Assembly (NCBI RefSeq): GCF_006345805.1
Contig: NC_043002.1
Location: 31,806,001-31,870,000, forward strand
Reading direction: 5' to 3'
Source: Octopus sinensis
Taxonomy: Eukaryota
Length of the DNA: 64,000 nucleotides
Shown piece by piece: positions 26,981 to 41,652 of the stretch. Within the stretch, counting starts at the first letter, position 1, and each line of letters begins with the position of its first letter. The notes under the pieces were generated by a model that had not been told where the DNA came from, made no database searches, and saw only the letters and a program-made list of their open reading frames with translations. The position numbers and the translations under genes were made by a program.

Positions 26981-28249
26981 TTATTGTTGTAGTTGATATA
27001 CTTTTCTTTGTATGTTTATTTTCTAATTTAATTTTAATCAATTTATTTTTTTAAAACTTGATTGCTTGTGAAAATTTAAGCATTAAAATGCAATTGAGTA
27101 AAAGGCATATAAAATTGTTACGCTTTTGTTCTTGATTAATATTCATCAAAATAGTCTTATTTATTCTCCCTTCTCTCATTCCCCCCTCTCTCTCTCTCAC
27201 TCTCTCTCTCTCTCACTCTCTCTCTCTCTCTCACTCTAGCTTTCACAATTATTCGGTGTAATTTTGATGTTATCTTCCATGGAAACCTAATTTCTTCTTT
27301 CTACTTTTTATTTGAACTTTTGGTGAATATTAGTATTGATCGGATATATTAAAAAAATAAATTTGCAGCCTCCTCAAATTTCAGATATGTGTTTCGGACG
27401 GGATATGGAATATTTGTGAAAGCATAACGATCTTGCAACTTGTCAAGCACTAGCTGGTGTACCCGGTAATTCCCTGAGGGTAAAGGTGTTCTACTGAAAC
27501 CTTATTACTCTGATATAAGAAAGTAATTTCGTTATAACTAACACAAAATGTGTATTTTCTGTCACGAAAAAGTACAAAAAGCTGTCAGCTGGAGGAGGGA
27601 GAGATTGTTGGATGTTGGCGAGAGAGGATTTCGGAGGTTGGCGAGAAAGATTCTCGGAGATTGGTGAGAGAGTTTGTCGGAGGTTGGCCAGAGGCAAAGA
27701 CATTATTCTGCTTAGCGAAGGCATCTGGGAAATGTATAACTGCTGTCATTCACAGAAAAACTATTGTTTTACCGTGAGAAAAGCGCTGTTAAAGTGTTAA
27801 GTGAAATTAGGCAATCGAGGATCGAATCCACGCTACGCCTGCCTGAAGCCACCACAAATACGTTGTGGAATAAAAATTTATCTACTGTCATGGAAAAAGT
27901 GTAACTGTAAAAATGCTGAATTCTGGGACTAATGGGCAGTCAAAAAAGTATTTATGTATAGAAATGTATGAATGAAGTCTTTAATGTTTAAGATTTAAAT
28001 TAAGGAAGGGCAATAATAATGCTTAGCATTTCAAAACTGTGAGTAATGAAATGCAGAATTAGGTCGGCTCATCGTGAGAATCAAATATTGATCGCTTCGC
28101 TAAAATCTGAAGGTGGCATGGGTTATTTCCCTTGGGTTGTTTAAATATTAGTGATATGTAGTAGATAGAAAGATCCATTGGAATATCCGTATTATCGATT
28201 TTTTCACGACAATCACGAAGTTTCCAGACATATATGTATATATGTATAC

Positions 28250-28326
<77 letters not shown>

Positions 28327-28438
28327 ATATATATTTAGTGAAGGGAAGAAATGGAGCTGAACGAAAATTCTACAAAATTCCTTTTTATTATTTTGAATAA
28401 TCCGTAACAAGATAATTCATTTATCCATTTCAATAAAC

Positions 28439-28523
<85 letters not shown>

Positions 28524-29459
28524 TGTGTGTGTGTGTGTTTGTATTTGTGTGTGTGTATACAAATATGTGTGTATAGATATATATATCTATATACATATAT
28601 TTACATATGAATATACAGATAGATAGATAGATAGATAGATAGATATACACACATACATATATATATACCTATATACATCCTTACAGTGATACATTAAAAC
28701 CGTTCATATGAAGAAACGTGCATGCACATATTTTGCGCATTTATTCTACATTCAGTTATTCAGTATCTTTCTATCCAACAATAAATGATTTGATGAAATA
28801 TTTAGAGAAAAAAATTTTTCTCGATTTATCTAATTTGCTCGAGTGACATTTCATAGCTCCATTCCCCTATCATCCTATATTACACACTCCTTACCCAATA
28901 TCCCCCCCCACACACACACACACGTTTAGACAGGCACATTCATGGAAACACACTGAAACACAACCACTAAAAGTTATTCATTGTCCTAAGATTCCCCCCT
29001 ACCTCCCACTAGGGGCCACCTTCGTCCATTTATTCACACGTTAAATTTAGTGAGACTATAATTTAAGTTCAGAAACCTTTCAGTGTAGTTTAGACAGACA
29101 TGGAAATTTATGATATTTTCTCAAGCAACAATCACATTCATTTTAGCAAATTTGTAAGCTGTTTTTTCTTTTTATTTTTCTATGATCACAATTCTCACAT
29201 CCGTCATCTTCTTACTTAGAATATCTTCCCTTCACATGCGCTCTTTTCTCTTTCTGAATGCATCTCTTTCTCTTTCCTTTCCATCACTCGTCATACATTA
29301 ATGTTTCGTTATCATAATCGCACATTCCCTACATCTAAGTGGAAGCCTTAAAACTGAATCCTACGAAAGATCACAAATGAAATAGTAATAACATCAGCAG
29401 TGTCAGTAGTAGCTGGGTTAACAATTGCAATTACAACTACAACAACAACAGCTAAAGTG

Positions 29460-31270
29460 GCACTATACAGTCGCTTGTTCTGCTAGAAATAGCCACCAAA
29501 TCGCCTTGAAATAAAATCATAAAAGTATTTAGAATTGATGAATCGAGTAAGGTAATTGAAGATAAACAGTGCGAGAGAGTAAGACGAGATGGCCGTTGAT
29601 GGAGTGTCGTAAAGTATAGAATGGCTCGATTATAGCTACTCTGGATCTAAACAGCAGCAATATCAAAAGTAATTACAATAGCTGCAAACTAAGTTATTGC
29701 AACAACAAAAACAGCATCAGAAACAATCGGGATTCAACGAAACCGTACGTGGTCACTTAGCTTTCGGGAAAGAGCCGTTTGTTTTGCTTTAAGTCACACG
29801 CTATTCTTGAATAAACAGATCACACTCAATGGAGTCTTAGACACAAGTGGAAAGGAGGGATCGTCTTTCCATGAGTGGAGTAGTTTAAACATACGTCTAC
29901 TGAACCAGTTTTGAACTTGGGCAGAACAAGAATAACACCAAGAGAATTAGCACTTACACGTGTAAGACTTGTTGCGATCAACATATTATGATAAAATCAA
30001 TGATAGAGCTTATGTCTCTGCTAGACATGCAAAAACTAATGACCAAATCTTCCTTAAGTAACATTCTACCGTCTTATGCAATGAAAGGATTCATTGAATA
30101 ATGTAGTTCTAGAATGCTTATCAAAAGATAGCTTGGTCTCGGTTGGAATACTTTGATCCCCCTCCACCTCCTTCTCCTCCTCATCATTACCATCATTATC
30201 ATCGCCACTATTGTCCTCGTCATTGTAATTGTTCTTGTCCTCATCTTCCCCCTCCTCCTCCTCCTTTGTATTATAGTCGAGCGCACCATCATAATCATTA
30301 TCATCGTTGTGGTCGTTATCATCGATTGCATATTGGACATCATCTCCTGCATGATAGGCATATCTTCATAACATTAATCAGGAAATAATTTTCTACTTTC
30401 CCGTCTATTTCATTAACTATCACCAACAAATATTAGTTCCTATTACGACCATTGACATCCAGAGAACATCTACCATTATTCGCTAATATCACGGTATTTG
30501 TAGACATTTTTGGTGTGTACAACAGGAGATAGAGAGTTCATAGGAATGCAGAGTTGTACTGATTTAAAGGTGTGGAACTTCTTTTCATCTGCAGCAGCTA
30601 TCAAGTTTAAGCATTTTAGATTTGGTCTTATCTATACTACAACCAGCAGTTTCTCAGGATTGTTAATATGTTGAAGAAGGTTTCTTAATTTGTCTCCAAA
30701 TAAATCATGAATTTGATCGGTAATATCGCTGTTGCAAACCCTAAAAGTTAACCTCAGGATATCTGTGCCAAAATGTACACAATCCCACTACGACTGACTC
30801 CTTGAAATATTCTGTTTGAAATACGTGATTTATTAACCATCATTTTGTAATTCATTTACTGGAAGCAAGCAATTTTGCCAAGTGCAGTCATGAGGGAAAA
30901 CAATCAAATGCCTTTCTGCAATCAAGACATATTGTCAATATTTCTGCACTATTTCTTACAGTACACAGATTTATCTCTCAAATGTTGTTCGGCACCTCAC
31001 TTCTTTTCACCTGCTTGCCCATTAGTCAGTCTCTCGTTGGACTTCTGTGTAATAAAAAATAGTCACATCTAGGCAGCTTTTAAGCAGCTACGCAAGACTT
31101 TGTCCTACTAGAAATAACTTTAAATCTATTAAATTACATACTGCCATCTTAGAAAGATGAAGGATATATCGGGCAGTGTGGTTTTAGATTTTCAAACAGG
31201 TGAATTCATCATGGCTGCATTTCCTTTGGTGACAAGTTTACTCGGTCAGGAATGACTGGGGTAATATTAA
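29460..31270 (+). repeat. Cluster of four old ~150-200-bp interspersed repeat copies (about 29465, 29748, 30015, 31095; another at about 4785)
   Basis: Shared degenerate motif (C)TGCTAGAAATAGCAGCCAAATC...AAATCACAC...CCGTCTTA; heavily diverged. Confidence 0.5.
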
Positions 31271-31812
31271 CAGCAACAAAACGATTAATATCGAATAGTG
31301 TAAGTAAAACATTGTCATCTCGAACTAGCAGGATTACACTAATCACAAAAGACCATCTTGTAGGTCGTATTTCCTCATCCTGATCTTCCACTCTTTATAA
31401 TCATCGCAAAACATTTACTTCACTATTACGAAGTTTACTGTACGATGTGTAGATTTTCGTTCTCTCTCATGGCAAAGCAGTTTCTTACATTATTCATTTG
31501 TTTATTAAATTGCATATAAATAAGCTTACCTAATTTTCAAGAATTATCTCATCAGGAGATGATTCTCTCTTCATATCTAGCTATGGTAAATAAGATATGC
31601 ATGTTTACGTACATGTTCCTTTCTGTTGTTAACTATTGAAGTTCTTCCCCTCAGGAAGTTGCTGGTTTCAAATAAACATGCAAAGCTCCACAGCTGGAAT
31701 ATATATATGATTGCATATAAGTACGTATGGATGTATGCATGTATATACAGACATAAGTATCTGTCAATATGTGCATATATATGTATGTATGTATATATAT
31801 ATGTATGTATGT

Positions 31813-31868
<56 letters not shown>

Positions 31869-31967
31869 AAGTTAATCCAAACAAGAAAACACAAAAAACA
31901 CAACAACGCGAGGGCGTGGAACAAATGTAGTATTGTTGGACGATCAGGAAGGAAAGGAAGAAGGAGG

Positions 31968-32002
31968 GTTTAACGTTTCGAGCGGAGCTCTTCGTCAGAA
32001 AC
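31968..32002 (-). ncRNA. Minimal type-I hammerhead ribozyme (PLE type) in a ~200-bp insert, 31868-32073
   Basis: Minus strand reads GTTT CTGACGA A GAGC TCC GCTC GAAACGTT AAAC: 4-bp stems I and II, palindromic ACGT stem III, GUU triplet. Confidence 0.8.
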
Positions 32003-32357
32003 ATAGGAGAAGGAAAGATCCCGAGAAGGGAAGACAGAGGAAAAAAATCGCCAACGGTACACACGAGGTCACATGTATGTGTGTGTGTCTATGTGTATGT
32101 GTGTTTGTGTGTGCGTGTGTGTATCGTTGCAATTATATTAAACTGTCATATATAAATTTTGGTCGAAGACGTTTTCCTCAACATTTATTTCTTCTTACAA
32201 TAGAAGGTTATTTTGGTCAAACTATCTTAAGTTGCCAAGATTTCAAAAGTTGTCAAAGCGTAGTACAACAGTTTTGCTATGGAATGGTGAAACTATTTAT
32301 TCGTTTTCTGAAACAGCAACGTTTTGAGCTTACCACACTTTTGCATAGTGTAACGGT

Positions 32358-32404
<47 letters not shown>

Positions 32405-32414
<10 letters not shown>

Positions 32415-33835
32415 GTAAAAATAATACAGACATGGACAAGAACATGAAACACCACAGAGACGACACAAGAACCACAGGATGGGACATTCGAAGCCCTCAG
32501 TCATCAGTCAAGAACCAGATCATCTTAGCAATTTCGGCTGATTAATCTTGAGATTGCTCCGATTTGGGCAGCCCGCCAAGGGAAATCTAAGCCAAGCGCA
32601 TTAGATCCCCTGGAAGAAAGCTTCGAATGTATACAACACGAGGATGGAAAACGAACGAAGTACACGAACAAAAATACAGAATACGTGACACCAATAAGAA
32701 TAGAAAAACGTAAAAACAATAACGGTAAAAATAAAAAACAAAACAAAACCAGGACGTAGGACAAGGGTCTTTCGACAGGACGAGTTGAGTTTAGGGCTGG
32801 CTTATGAAGTTGTGCCTAATGGCCGCAGAGACGAACAAATACGTGTTGCTTCGGCGACTGCTGGAACGAAAAGAGCGCTCAGCAGTGGCTAGCGGTCACG
32901 TGAGAACAAAAGACAGTAGAAAGGGACAGATGAAAAGAGGAGAAGGTGGACGAGGGGGAGAAGAAAGAGACAGATCGAGGGGAGTGGAGGTGAGAGAGAT
33001 AAGAGAAACGTAGAAGGGGGAGACGGATGGAGAGAGAAAGAAAGGAAGGGGAATAAGGGAGGAGAGAGAGAGAGAGAGAAAGAGACAGATCAAGAGTCGT
33101 ATCAATGCTAGAGAAAAAATACTTATCGTATAAGGACAATTGTGGATACGTAGCCGCCGATTATATATGTAAACAGTAAAAATAATTACAGACATGGACA
33201 AGAACATGAAACACCACAGAGACGACACAAGAACCACAGGACGGGACATTCGAAGCCCTCAGTTATCAGTCAAGAACCAGATCATCTTAGCAATTTCGGC
33301 TGATTAATCTTGAGATTGCTCCGATTTGGGCAGCCCGCCAAGGGAAATCTAAGCCAAGCGCATTAGATCCCCTGGAAGAAAGCTTCGAATGTATACAACA
33401 CGAGGATGGAAAACGAACGAAGTACACGAACAAAAATACAGAATACGTGACACCAATAAGAATAGAAAAACGTAAAAACAATAACGGTAAAAATAAAAAA
33501 CAAAACAAAACCAGGACGTAGGACAAGGGTCTTTCGACAGGACGAGTTGAGTTTAGGGCTGGCTTATGAAGTTGTGCCTAATGGCCGCAGGGAGACGAAC
33601 AAATACGTGTTGCTTCGGCGACTGCTGGAACGAAAAGAGCGCTCAGCAGTGGCTAGCGGTCACGTGAGAACAAAAGACAGGAGAAAGGGACAGATGAAAA
33701 GAGAGAGAAGGTGGACGAGGGAGGAGAAGAAAGAGACAGATCGAGGGGACTGGAGGTGAGAGAGATAGAGAAACGTAGAAGGGGGGGAGGAAGACGGATG
33801 GAGAGGGAAAGAAAGGAAGGGGAATAAGGGAGGAT
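32405..33835 (-). mobile_element. Tandem direct duplication of a ~760-bp unit, probably Penelope-like 3' end/pLTR
   Basis: Identical ORFs at 32525 and 33287 give a 762-bp period; minus strand has EATRI...HKPALN resembling the PLE GIY-YIG C-terminus; bounded by (TA)n. Confidence 0.65.
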
Positions 33836-33856
33836 ATATATATATATATATATATA

Positions 33857-35152
33857 TATGGTAAACGAAATACGGGAGATGGAATATACAATTTTTATTA
33901 ATAATCACGACAACTGTTTTGACACATGTAGCATCGATCCGTCACATTTAGATATCAGGATGGCCTCTGGTTCAACCCAACTTTTGGTTCGCATATCTCA
34001 ACAACGAAGGTTGGAAAACATTTTTTTGCCGCTTTGTACAAATGTTTTCCTAAATCTAATAGTTATCATGCTATTTTTAATCGACAATCCGTGAAGGTAT
34101 CCTTCGCTAACTCTGCTAAATTGGAGAAGCTTATGCATCGCATATACATCAGTAATATGCGATGACAGTTCAATATACAAATAAATATAATAAATGTTCA
34201 TGTAGAGAAGAATAAAAATTCGCAATGATGAACCTCTGCATGAGTACAAATCTTCTATATAAATGTACTGTGCATACGAGGAGAGGGCCGTGTGTTTACA
34301 TTAGGCAGATTACTGATAGATTTAAGAAGCTTTATCAAGAGAATCAATAAGAGAGATGCATCATCTTTGACCGAATTTGTATGGCGACTGAAGGTAGATA
34401 AAATGAAGTACAACATAACTTGGTCCATAGTATGGTACGCATAATCCATACAATATAATTTCCAGGAGATGACTATGCTCCGAGGAATCCTCGTCTTTTG
34501 TGGAGTCTAATGAGAAGATCATTAATAGATTTACTGAAAGATTATCAAAATAGCTGCACCCATGTAAATGTACTTTCGTACAATTCAGTAGGAATGAATT
34601 TGAACAACTGTTAACATAATTTGCTTTAAGGTATGAATGAATTAAGTTTAGCTTTTACCTCTCCATTCTTATAAACATCAAGTAGCCATGTAACTCGCTT
34701 TAGGATCGTGAGTGTACCAAACCACACGTGTGCGAATGCTTACATTTTCGCAGCTGCTTGTACGAGCGAGCGTGCACGCACTGTGCAACTTGCGCGAGAC
34801 AGTTTGTACATCCATATCTTTTAACGGTTATTTCTAATACTTTTCTTGCTGTATTGAGTGTTCGTTTGCATCTGTGATCATATGTTTGATCTTCTGTATA
34901 AACGAAGTTATTTTCTGCGTTTTTCTGCTTTTCTTTCTACGAAATGAGAAGATACATTGCGGAACTGTTATTTTAAGTAGTTGTATTTATTTAGTTATCG
35001 CCCGATGACACACATCTGCACCGCTGAATGCTTCGGAACAAGTTGTTACGTGTCCCAACTGCGAGGGTTCGATGCTAGAGGTGTCGAAACAATTGTCGTG
35101 ATTAATAAAATAAATTCTCGTATATTCCATCTTCTGTCTTTCATTTACCATA
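33857..35152 (+). mobile_element. Penelope-like element remnant with inverted pLTR fragment at its 5' side
   Basis: 33968-34146 reads WFNPTFGSHISTTKVGKHFFAALYKCFPKSNSYHAIFNRQSVKVSF (PLE WFNPPF...IFNRNTVKVSY motif); 33857-33945 is the reverse complement of 35063-35152. Confidence 0.85.
34997..35102 (+). ncRNA. Degenerate hammerhead in the PLE 3' pLTR
   Basis: ATCGC CCGATGA cac...gtgtc GAAAC AATT GTC GTGAT: 5-bp stem I, palindromic stem III ACAATTGT, GUC triplet; core mutated to CCGATGA. Confidence 0.65.
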
Positions 35153-35217
35153 TACAGAACGAACACTTTAGAAATGAACGTTTTTTAACAGCAACCCATT
35201 CGTTTTATTATCTAATG

Positions 35218-35269
<52 letters not shown>

Positions 35270-35275
35270 ATATAG

Positions 35276-35308
<33 letters not shown>

Positions 35309-35819
35309 ACATATACATACATACATAATACATACGTACGTACATACAAACATAGACACGCGCGCGCACACACACACAGAGGCACCTGCACATATATGTT
35401 CAAGAGAAGGAGAGTAATTTCAGATGTAGTACGCAATACATGATGTTAGGATATTAGTGTAGCGATTCTTTTTTACATTTTCATTTAAGAAATGGCAGAT
35501 CGGTGGTTTCACCCTCAGATCATTGACTTATCAATTGAGTCGTGGTATAAATTCCATGTAATGGATGTAAGCTATTTATCGGTCAGTAGTCAGCATAATA
35601 TCTGTCATATAAAATATATTTCCTGTTCACAGAGAAATAAATCCTGTAGTTTCTTAGACAGACGAAAATAGTGTTTGTCGAAAGAAAATACTTTATAGTT
35701 CAAAATATCAATTCATCAATTGAAAACAAAAACATTGACTACTCTTTTAATATATGTGTATGTATTATGTTGCTACACCCAAGTATACACACACACACAC
35801 ATATATATATGCATATATG

Positions 35820-35869
<50 letters not shown>

Positions 35870-35901
35870 GATATATATATATATATGTATGTATGTATGT
35901 A

Positions 35902-35932
<31 letters not shown>

Positions 35933-36565
35933 ACTCTAGGGGGCAAAGTGATGATACGCGTATATACATTTTCTTAAACTTTGCTACGACAAACTACTTC
36001 TTTGCATTTGTTGGACGTAACTCAAGGGCGAAAACTAGCGACTCGGCCTCCCACGGTGACAGGAAGCTTATCTGTTATGGATGGAGACATAGATGTATAG
36101 CAACAGGCTACTCTGCTTGTGGGAGGTATAAAATAGAGAAATGTAGAGACGGAGGATATTCAGGCATGAGAGACTAACAGAGAGAATACTGAATATATAT
36201 GACAAAATAGGTAGTTATATTAAGATGTAGCATTGTAAAGATCAAAGTAATATGTACATACAATAACATTGGTACACACACACATAATAAGAGAGTAAGA
36301 TAGAGACAGAAACAAAGTCGGAGACAGAGAGAATAGAAGAGAGCATGAAAGAGATTTGTGGCATTTTGGGAGGGAAAGAATAAGCATGATTTGTGATTAG
36401 CCTGAAAATGTAGAAATGTTACACTGAAGAAAATTGTCTTAAAGATTTTTGTTCTTTTAAATCCTAAACGTATAATGTGAGATGATTGTTGCTCTTTATA
36501 TATTCTCCGGATTGCTTGAAACTATCCTTCCTACATCTCGATCGTTGGATATTACACTTATGTAC

Positions 36566-36739
<174 letters not shown>

Positions 36740-36744
36740 GTGCA

Positions 36745-37068
36745 CAGTGCCAAACATCCCAGCAATGCCATCGTGCTTCAGGACCAATTACGACAACAGC
36801 AAGGGTTTCAGAGGCCCACATCTTTTTAATATCCTCCCAAAGAGCCTGAAGAACATGCACAAAGTAGATGTAGGCATTTTAAAATCAAGGCTGAACCTCT
36901 TCCTGTCGAGAGTCCCAGATGAATCTACCTCACGGCAAGAGGGTAGCTACATCAAACTACATTCTTCACCAAGTGCCACATATTGGAAGAGGTTCTCAGT
37001 AATAACAGTGTAGCAGAACGGTGGTGATCCAGCATGGGCACAGCTCTGAGCTGAAACTACAAAAAAAA
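36745..37068 (+). mobile_element. CR1-group LINE 3' fragment
   Basis: FRGPHLFNILPKSL...FLSRVPDE, homologous to 43760-44110; tail CCAGCATGGGCACAGCTCTGAGCTGAAACTAC then A-run. Confidence 0.85.
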
Positions 37069-37412
37069 TATATAGGTTTAAAGCTACCATTAGTCTTATG
37101 TTATGAGAGAAAGATTTTAACATGAAACCACTAGTAGCCTCAATCCATAAATAGCAAAATGTTCCACCAATACGGTGTTAAATTCTCATTCTCATTATTC
37201 GATATTAACGCGTGAGCACACATATTCATATATGTGTATGTGTGCGTGTATGTGTGTGTCTGTATATGTTTGGCGTCAGTTTGAGCTGAGATTTATGTAT
37301 ATAATTTCATTACGTAACAAACTATGACAAACATTTATGTATATATTTACGTATATATGTATGTACATACATATATATGTATATACATATATTTAAATAC
37401 ATATGATTCTAC

Positions 37413-37445
<33 letters not shown>

Positions 37446-39599
37446 TATAAGTGTATGTATATACATATATATATATAGTGTAAACGTGTAGAGCTGGTCT
37501 TATATGAGCCAATTTAAACACTCGAGCAGCGTTATTACAGATCCATAGAATTTTACGAGATACTTAAATATATCAAAAGAATGAATATAACTGAAATTAG
37601 ATAGCAATTGATAAGTAACACAGCGCCGTATATCCAGCACTATCAAGTACTGCATGGTTGATATATTGTATGAGAAAAAACATCATACAATATGGTCCGT
37701 TTAACATAACAGAAAGGTGTGTTTAAACTTCAACTTTGCTAGACAGTGGAAAGGAAGAAATAAAACATGATATATAATTCAGTTAAGGTGTTTTATTGTG
37801 AGAAGGTTGTTGGTTTATTTGTCAGTTATAGATAATAGGGATTCTGTTATTGATGTGTATGCTGACCGTGATGTCAGCATCAATGTCGGTAACTTCAGGG
37901 AGGGCTCAGAACGGAGAAGAATAAAAGAGGGCGGTTTAGGGGACTTCGTATTTCATTCGTTCATCTGAAGTTGAATGAGAGGACAGAAAAGAAAACCTAG
38001 AGAAAAACATTTGAATATAATTAGCAACATTAAGAATACAACCTTGTTTTTCTCTTCAATGCTTTTTCAAATGAATTCTTTGAAAATTGAGACCCAGAAA
38101 TGCTGGCTACAAATAAATACTCACAAATAACAATAATAAAGTGGACATACATAATAACGAAAAGATTGTAATGATAAAATAAATAGCATATAGATTTAAA
38201 AAACAACAATCAACAACGACATCTCTGGATACAACACTAACAATCAAAGCTAATATTAATGGTTTTAGCGTTCTAAAACGTAAATTCTTAACTCTAACCG
38301 TGCTTATACAGAAGCTCAGTTTCAATCCCGTTCTTACTTAATTTCCTTTCAATTGCAGGGAGAAAATTATATTACAATATACACTCGGGTCTATTATATT
38401 GTTCGGCCTTAATCAATATCTATCTAGCTAGCTAGCTCTCTGTCTGACTGTTTGTCTGCTTATTTCTCTATCTGGCTATCTGTATGTATGTATATATAAA
38501 TAGATACATACATACATACATATATATATATATTCACATATACATATATATATGCATATGCATATATTCATACATTCATACACACATACATATAGTCATA
38601 CATAGATACATGCAAACATACATGCATACATGCATACATACAAACATACATACATACATACATACATACATACATACATACATACATACATACATACATA
38701 CATACGGACATACATACGGACATACATACGGACATACATACATACGTACATACATACGTACGTACATACTTCGATGTTTAGAAAAAGAAATCGACCAACT
38801 GCTTCACACATTACAAATACAATCTGTAAGCGGAACAGTAAAACTACGCAAGACTTTTCTCAATTCTAAAATCTGACATCGTTTTCGCTATCTTACATTC
38901 CATAGATGGAGCTTTGTATTTTGTTAGAAACCAGCTGCTTCTTCAGAGAATTTAAATGATTGAATACAGAAGAGACATACATATATGCACATATATATCA
39001 ACATTTATGCAACATGCTTAATGTACAAACACCGTTGACAGGCGAGCTACTACTGTTTACGTCCGAAATAAAATGTCTTATGGATATAATCTGTGTAAAA
39101 ACACATTAGATATTACAGATAGGCTGTAATCAATTTAATATTGCTTCTATTGCGTGCACCAGATTATTATTCAAACCTGCGGCTTTTGATTACAAACATG
39201 AATGAATTATTCATTGTATGCTATATCCACGACGAGAAATCTTGTCTGGGCGCGTGGTTAGCTACGAATACAAGTCATTGTCTGAGACCAATAAAGCCGG
39301 AATACATTTCACGTTCTCACTAACCGTTTGCAGGAGACTTTTCCATCTCTCTCCGATATAAATGTGTTACATCCTACGAATACAGCAGGAACTTTGCTGC
39401 TAACAGTGTTTATACATTAAATATGATACTTGATGGCTATTTTAATTTAATCATTCCTCAAATTCGTACACGGGGCACATATCTATGTGTGTGTTTTAGT
39501 GTGTCCATATGTGTGTATGAGTGTGTATGTGTGAGTGCGTGTTAGTGTGAGTATGTGTGTATTTATGTATATATATATATATATGTATGTATATATGTG

Positions 39600-39630
<31 letters not shown>

Positions 39631-39761
39631 GTATATATATGCATATATATAGACACATATATACATATATATGCGCATATATATATATATGTATATATAT
39701 GCATATATATATATACATATGTATGTATGTTTGTGTATACATATATATATATATATAATCA

Positions 39762-40000
39762 TATCAAGGAAGCTAGGGCGAAAACGACCTATCTCCAGCA
39801 TGGTTGAAGTGCTGATATCTTCAAAAACTACCAAAAACTGCAGCTAAAAATACACACATGGCTGAAAGTGTGCTAGTGAGAGAAAATTTAAAATACCTCA
39901 CGTTAATTGTGAATTGGTTCCAATTTCTGGATTAAAGGAAAAAATAAGCCTTTTTTCCTTCGTCAACACAATACACAGAGGGAAATATGTGTCGAAATAA

Positions 40001-40054
<54 letters not shown>

Positions 40055-40321
40055 TATATATATATAATACTATATTTTATATATATATATATATATATAT
40101 GGATAGATAGATAGATAGATAGATTGATTGATTGATTGATAGATGCGGCATGCATAGCTCTTTGACTTATATTCCCTTTGTGTATTGCGTTGACGAAAAA
40201 AGCTTATTTTTTTGCTTTCAAGCATGTGCATATTTTTAGCTGCAGTTTTTGTAGTTTTTGAAGGTATGGCACTTCAAGCATGCTGGAGATAGGTTGTTCC
40301 CCACCCGTAGTATCCTTGATA
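39762..40321. mobile_element. Diverged inverted pair of a non-coding repeat enclosing a (TA)n/(TAGA)n tract
   Basis: 39762-40003 is reverse-complementary to 40155-40321 (CCTATCTCCAGCATG, CTGCAGCTAAAAAT, CGTCAAC(A/G)CAATACACA). Confidence 0.75.
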
Positions 40322-40450
40322 GAATTTATACATACATTTATGCACATTATTACTAATATTAATTTAATGTATTAATTGCCTATAAATTTTTACAGAATGC
40401 TAGCTACTTGATAAAAATCATTAACGTGATCTTTATCCTATAATCTTACG

Positions 40451-40535
<85 letters not shown>

Positions 40536-41556
40536 CACACATATAATTCAGAAGAGTTTGATTCAGTCTTGGTGCTACTTCAAATTTCGCAGGCCCCTAC
40601 ATGCTCCTGAAATGACAGAATGACGAGGTCCAGGAAGTCCAGGACGGTTACAAGCATATGCAATGCTATTGGTCGAAGTGGTGTCATTCTGAATAATGTA
40701 AAGTGTTTAGTCACAAAGTTCCCTCAGAAACGGGCGCTTACTTGACCACGTGGTCGGACAAGAAACTGGCGGTGTTACTGTGTCTGCATATGGCGGCGTT
40801 GAGGCAGGTTAGTGTATGAATTTGTATGGAACTGTGCACGCGCGTGTTTGCGTGTGTGTATATATATATATGTGTGTGTGTGTGTGCGTGTGTGTATGTG
40901 TATGTATATGTGTGTACATGCGTACATTTGCATATACAAGGAGCGTCAATGCAAGAATGTAGTTATGTTATTGGTTGTATTGGTGTACGTGTGTGTGTAT
41001 GTGTTGTGTATGTGAGTGTGTTCATGAGTGCACATGTACATGTACATGAGAAAGGGTATGCATACACACGCGCATGCGCACACACATGCACACACACGCA
41101 CACACTTATACGAAACGGTAATCGAGTCAAACAAGAGGACTCGCAGTACCTATTCCGGATCACTACGTTTTGAGAACGGCTGCAAGGATGATGGTGTCAA
41201 CTTCCTCATTCAAGATAAAGAGCTTTCCCTTGGAAAAGTATTTGTGTCATGGACTGGGAGAACTAAGACGCTTCAGCAGCCATAAGTTTTCGTCAAACTA
41301 CGTTGCCCAGTTCAGATTTTAACATAAAATCTATTTCACCTGATGACATAGCACAATCCTGCATTATTTTGAAAGGGTTTTTTACATTTTTATTAGTGTG
41401 GACATATAAGTAATTTATTTACTATATAATAACATAAGTTATTTACATGTGTTTGAGTTATCAAACAAGTTTGTCGTGATATTGGGATTTTTTAATCCTT
41501 AAATATAGATTCACCTAAATAATTCTGTCATTTATAACTCTCTCTCTCTATCTCTG

Positions 41557-41652
<96 letters not shown>

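Noticed and set aside
32480-32560. CTGATGA on the minus strand of the 762-bp repeat as a hammerhead core
   Set aside because: No downstream stem II plus GAAA in the right order; the second copy reads CTGATAA
40545-40812. GC-richer block ending in AG|GTTAGT as an exon
   Set aside because: Stops in all three plus frames
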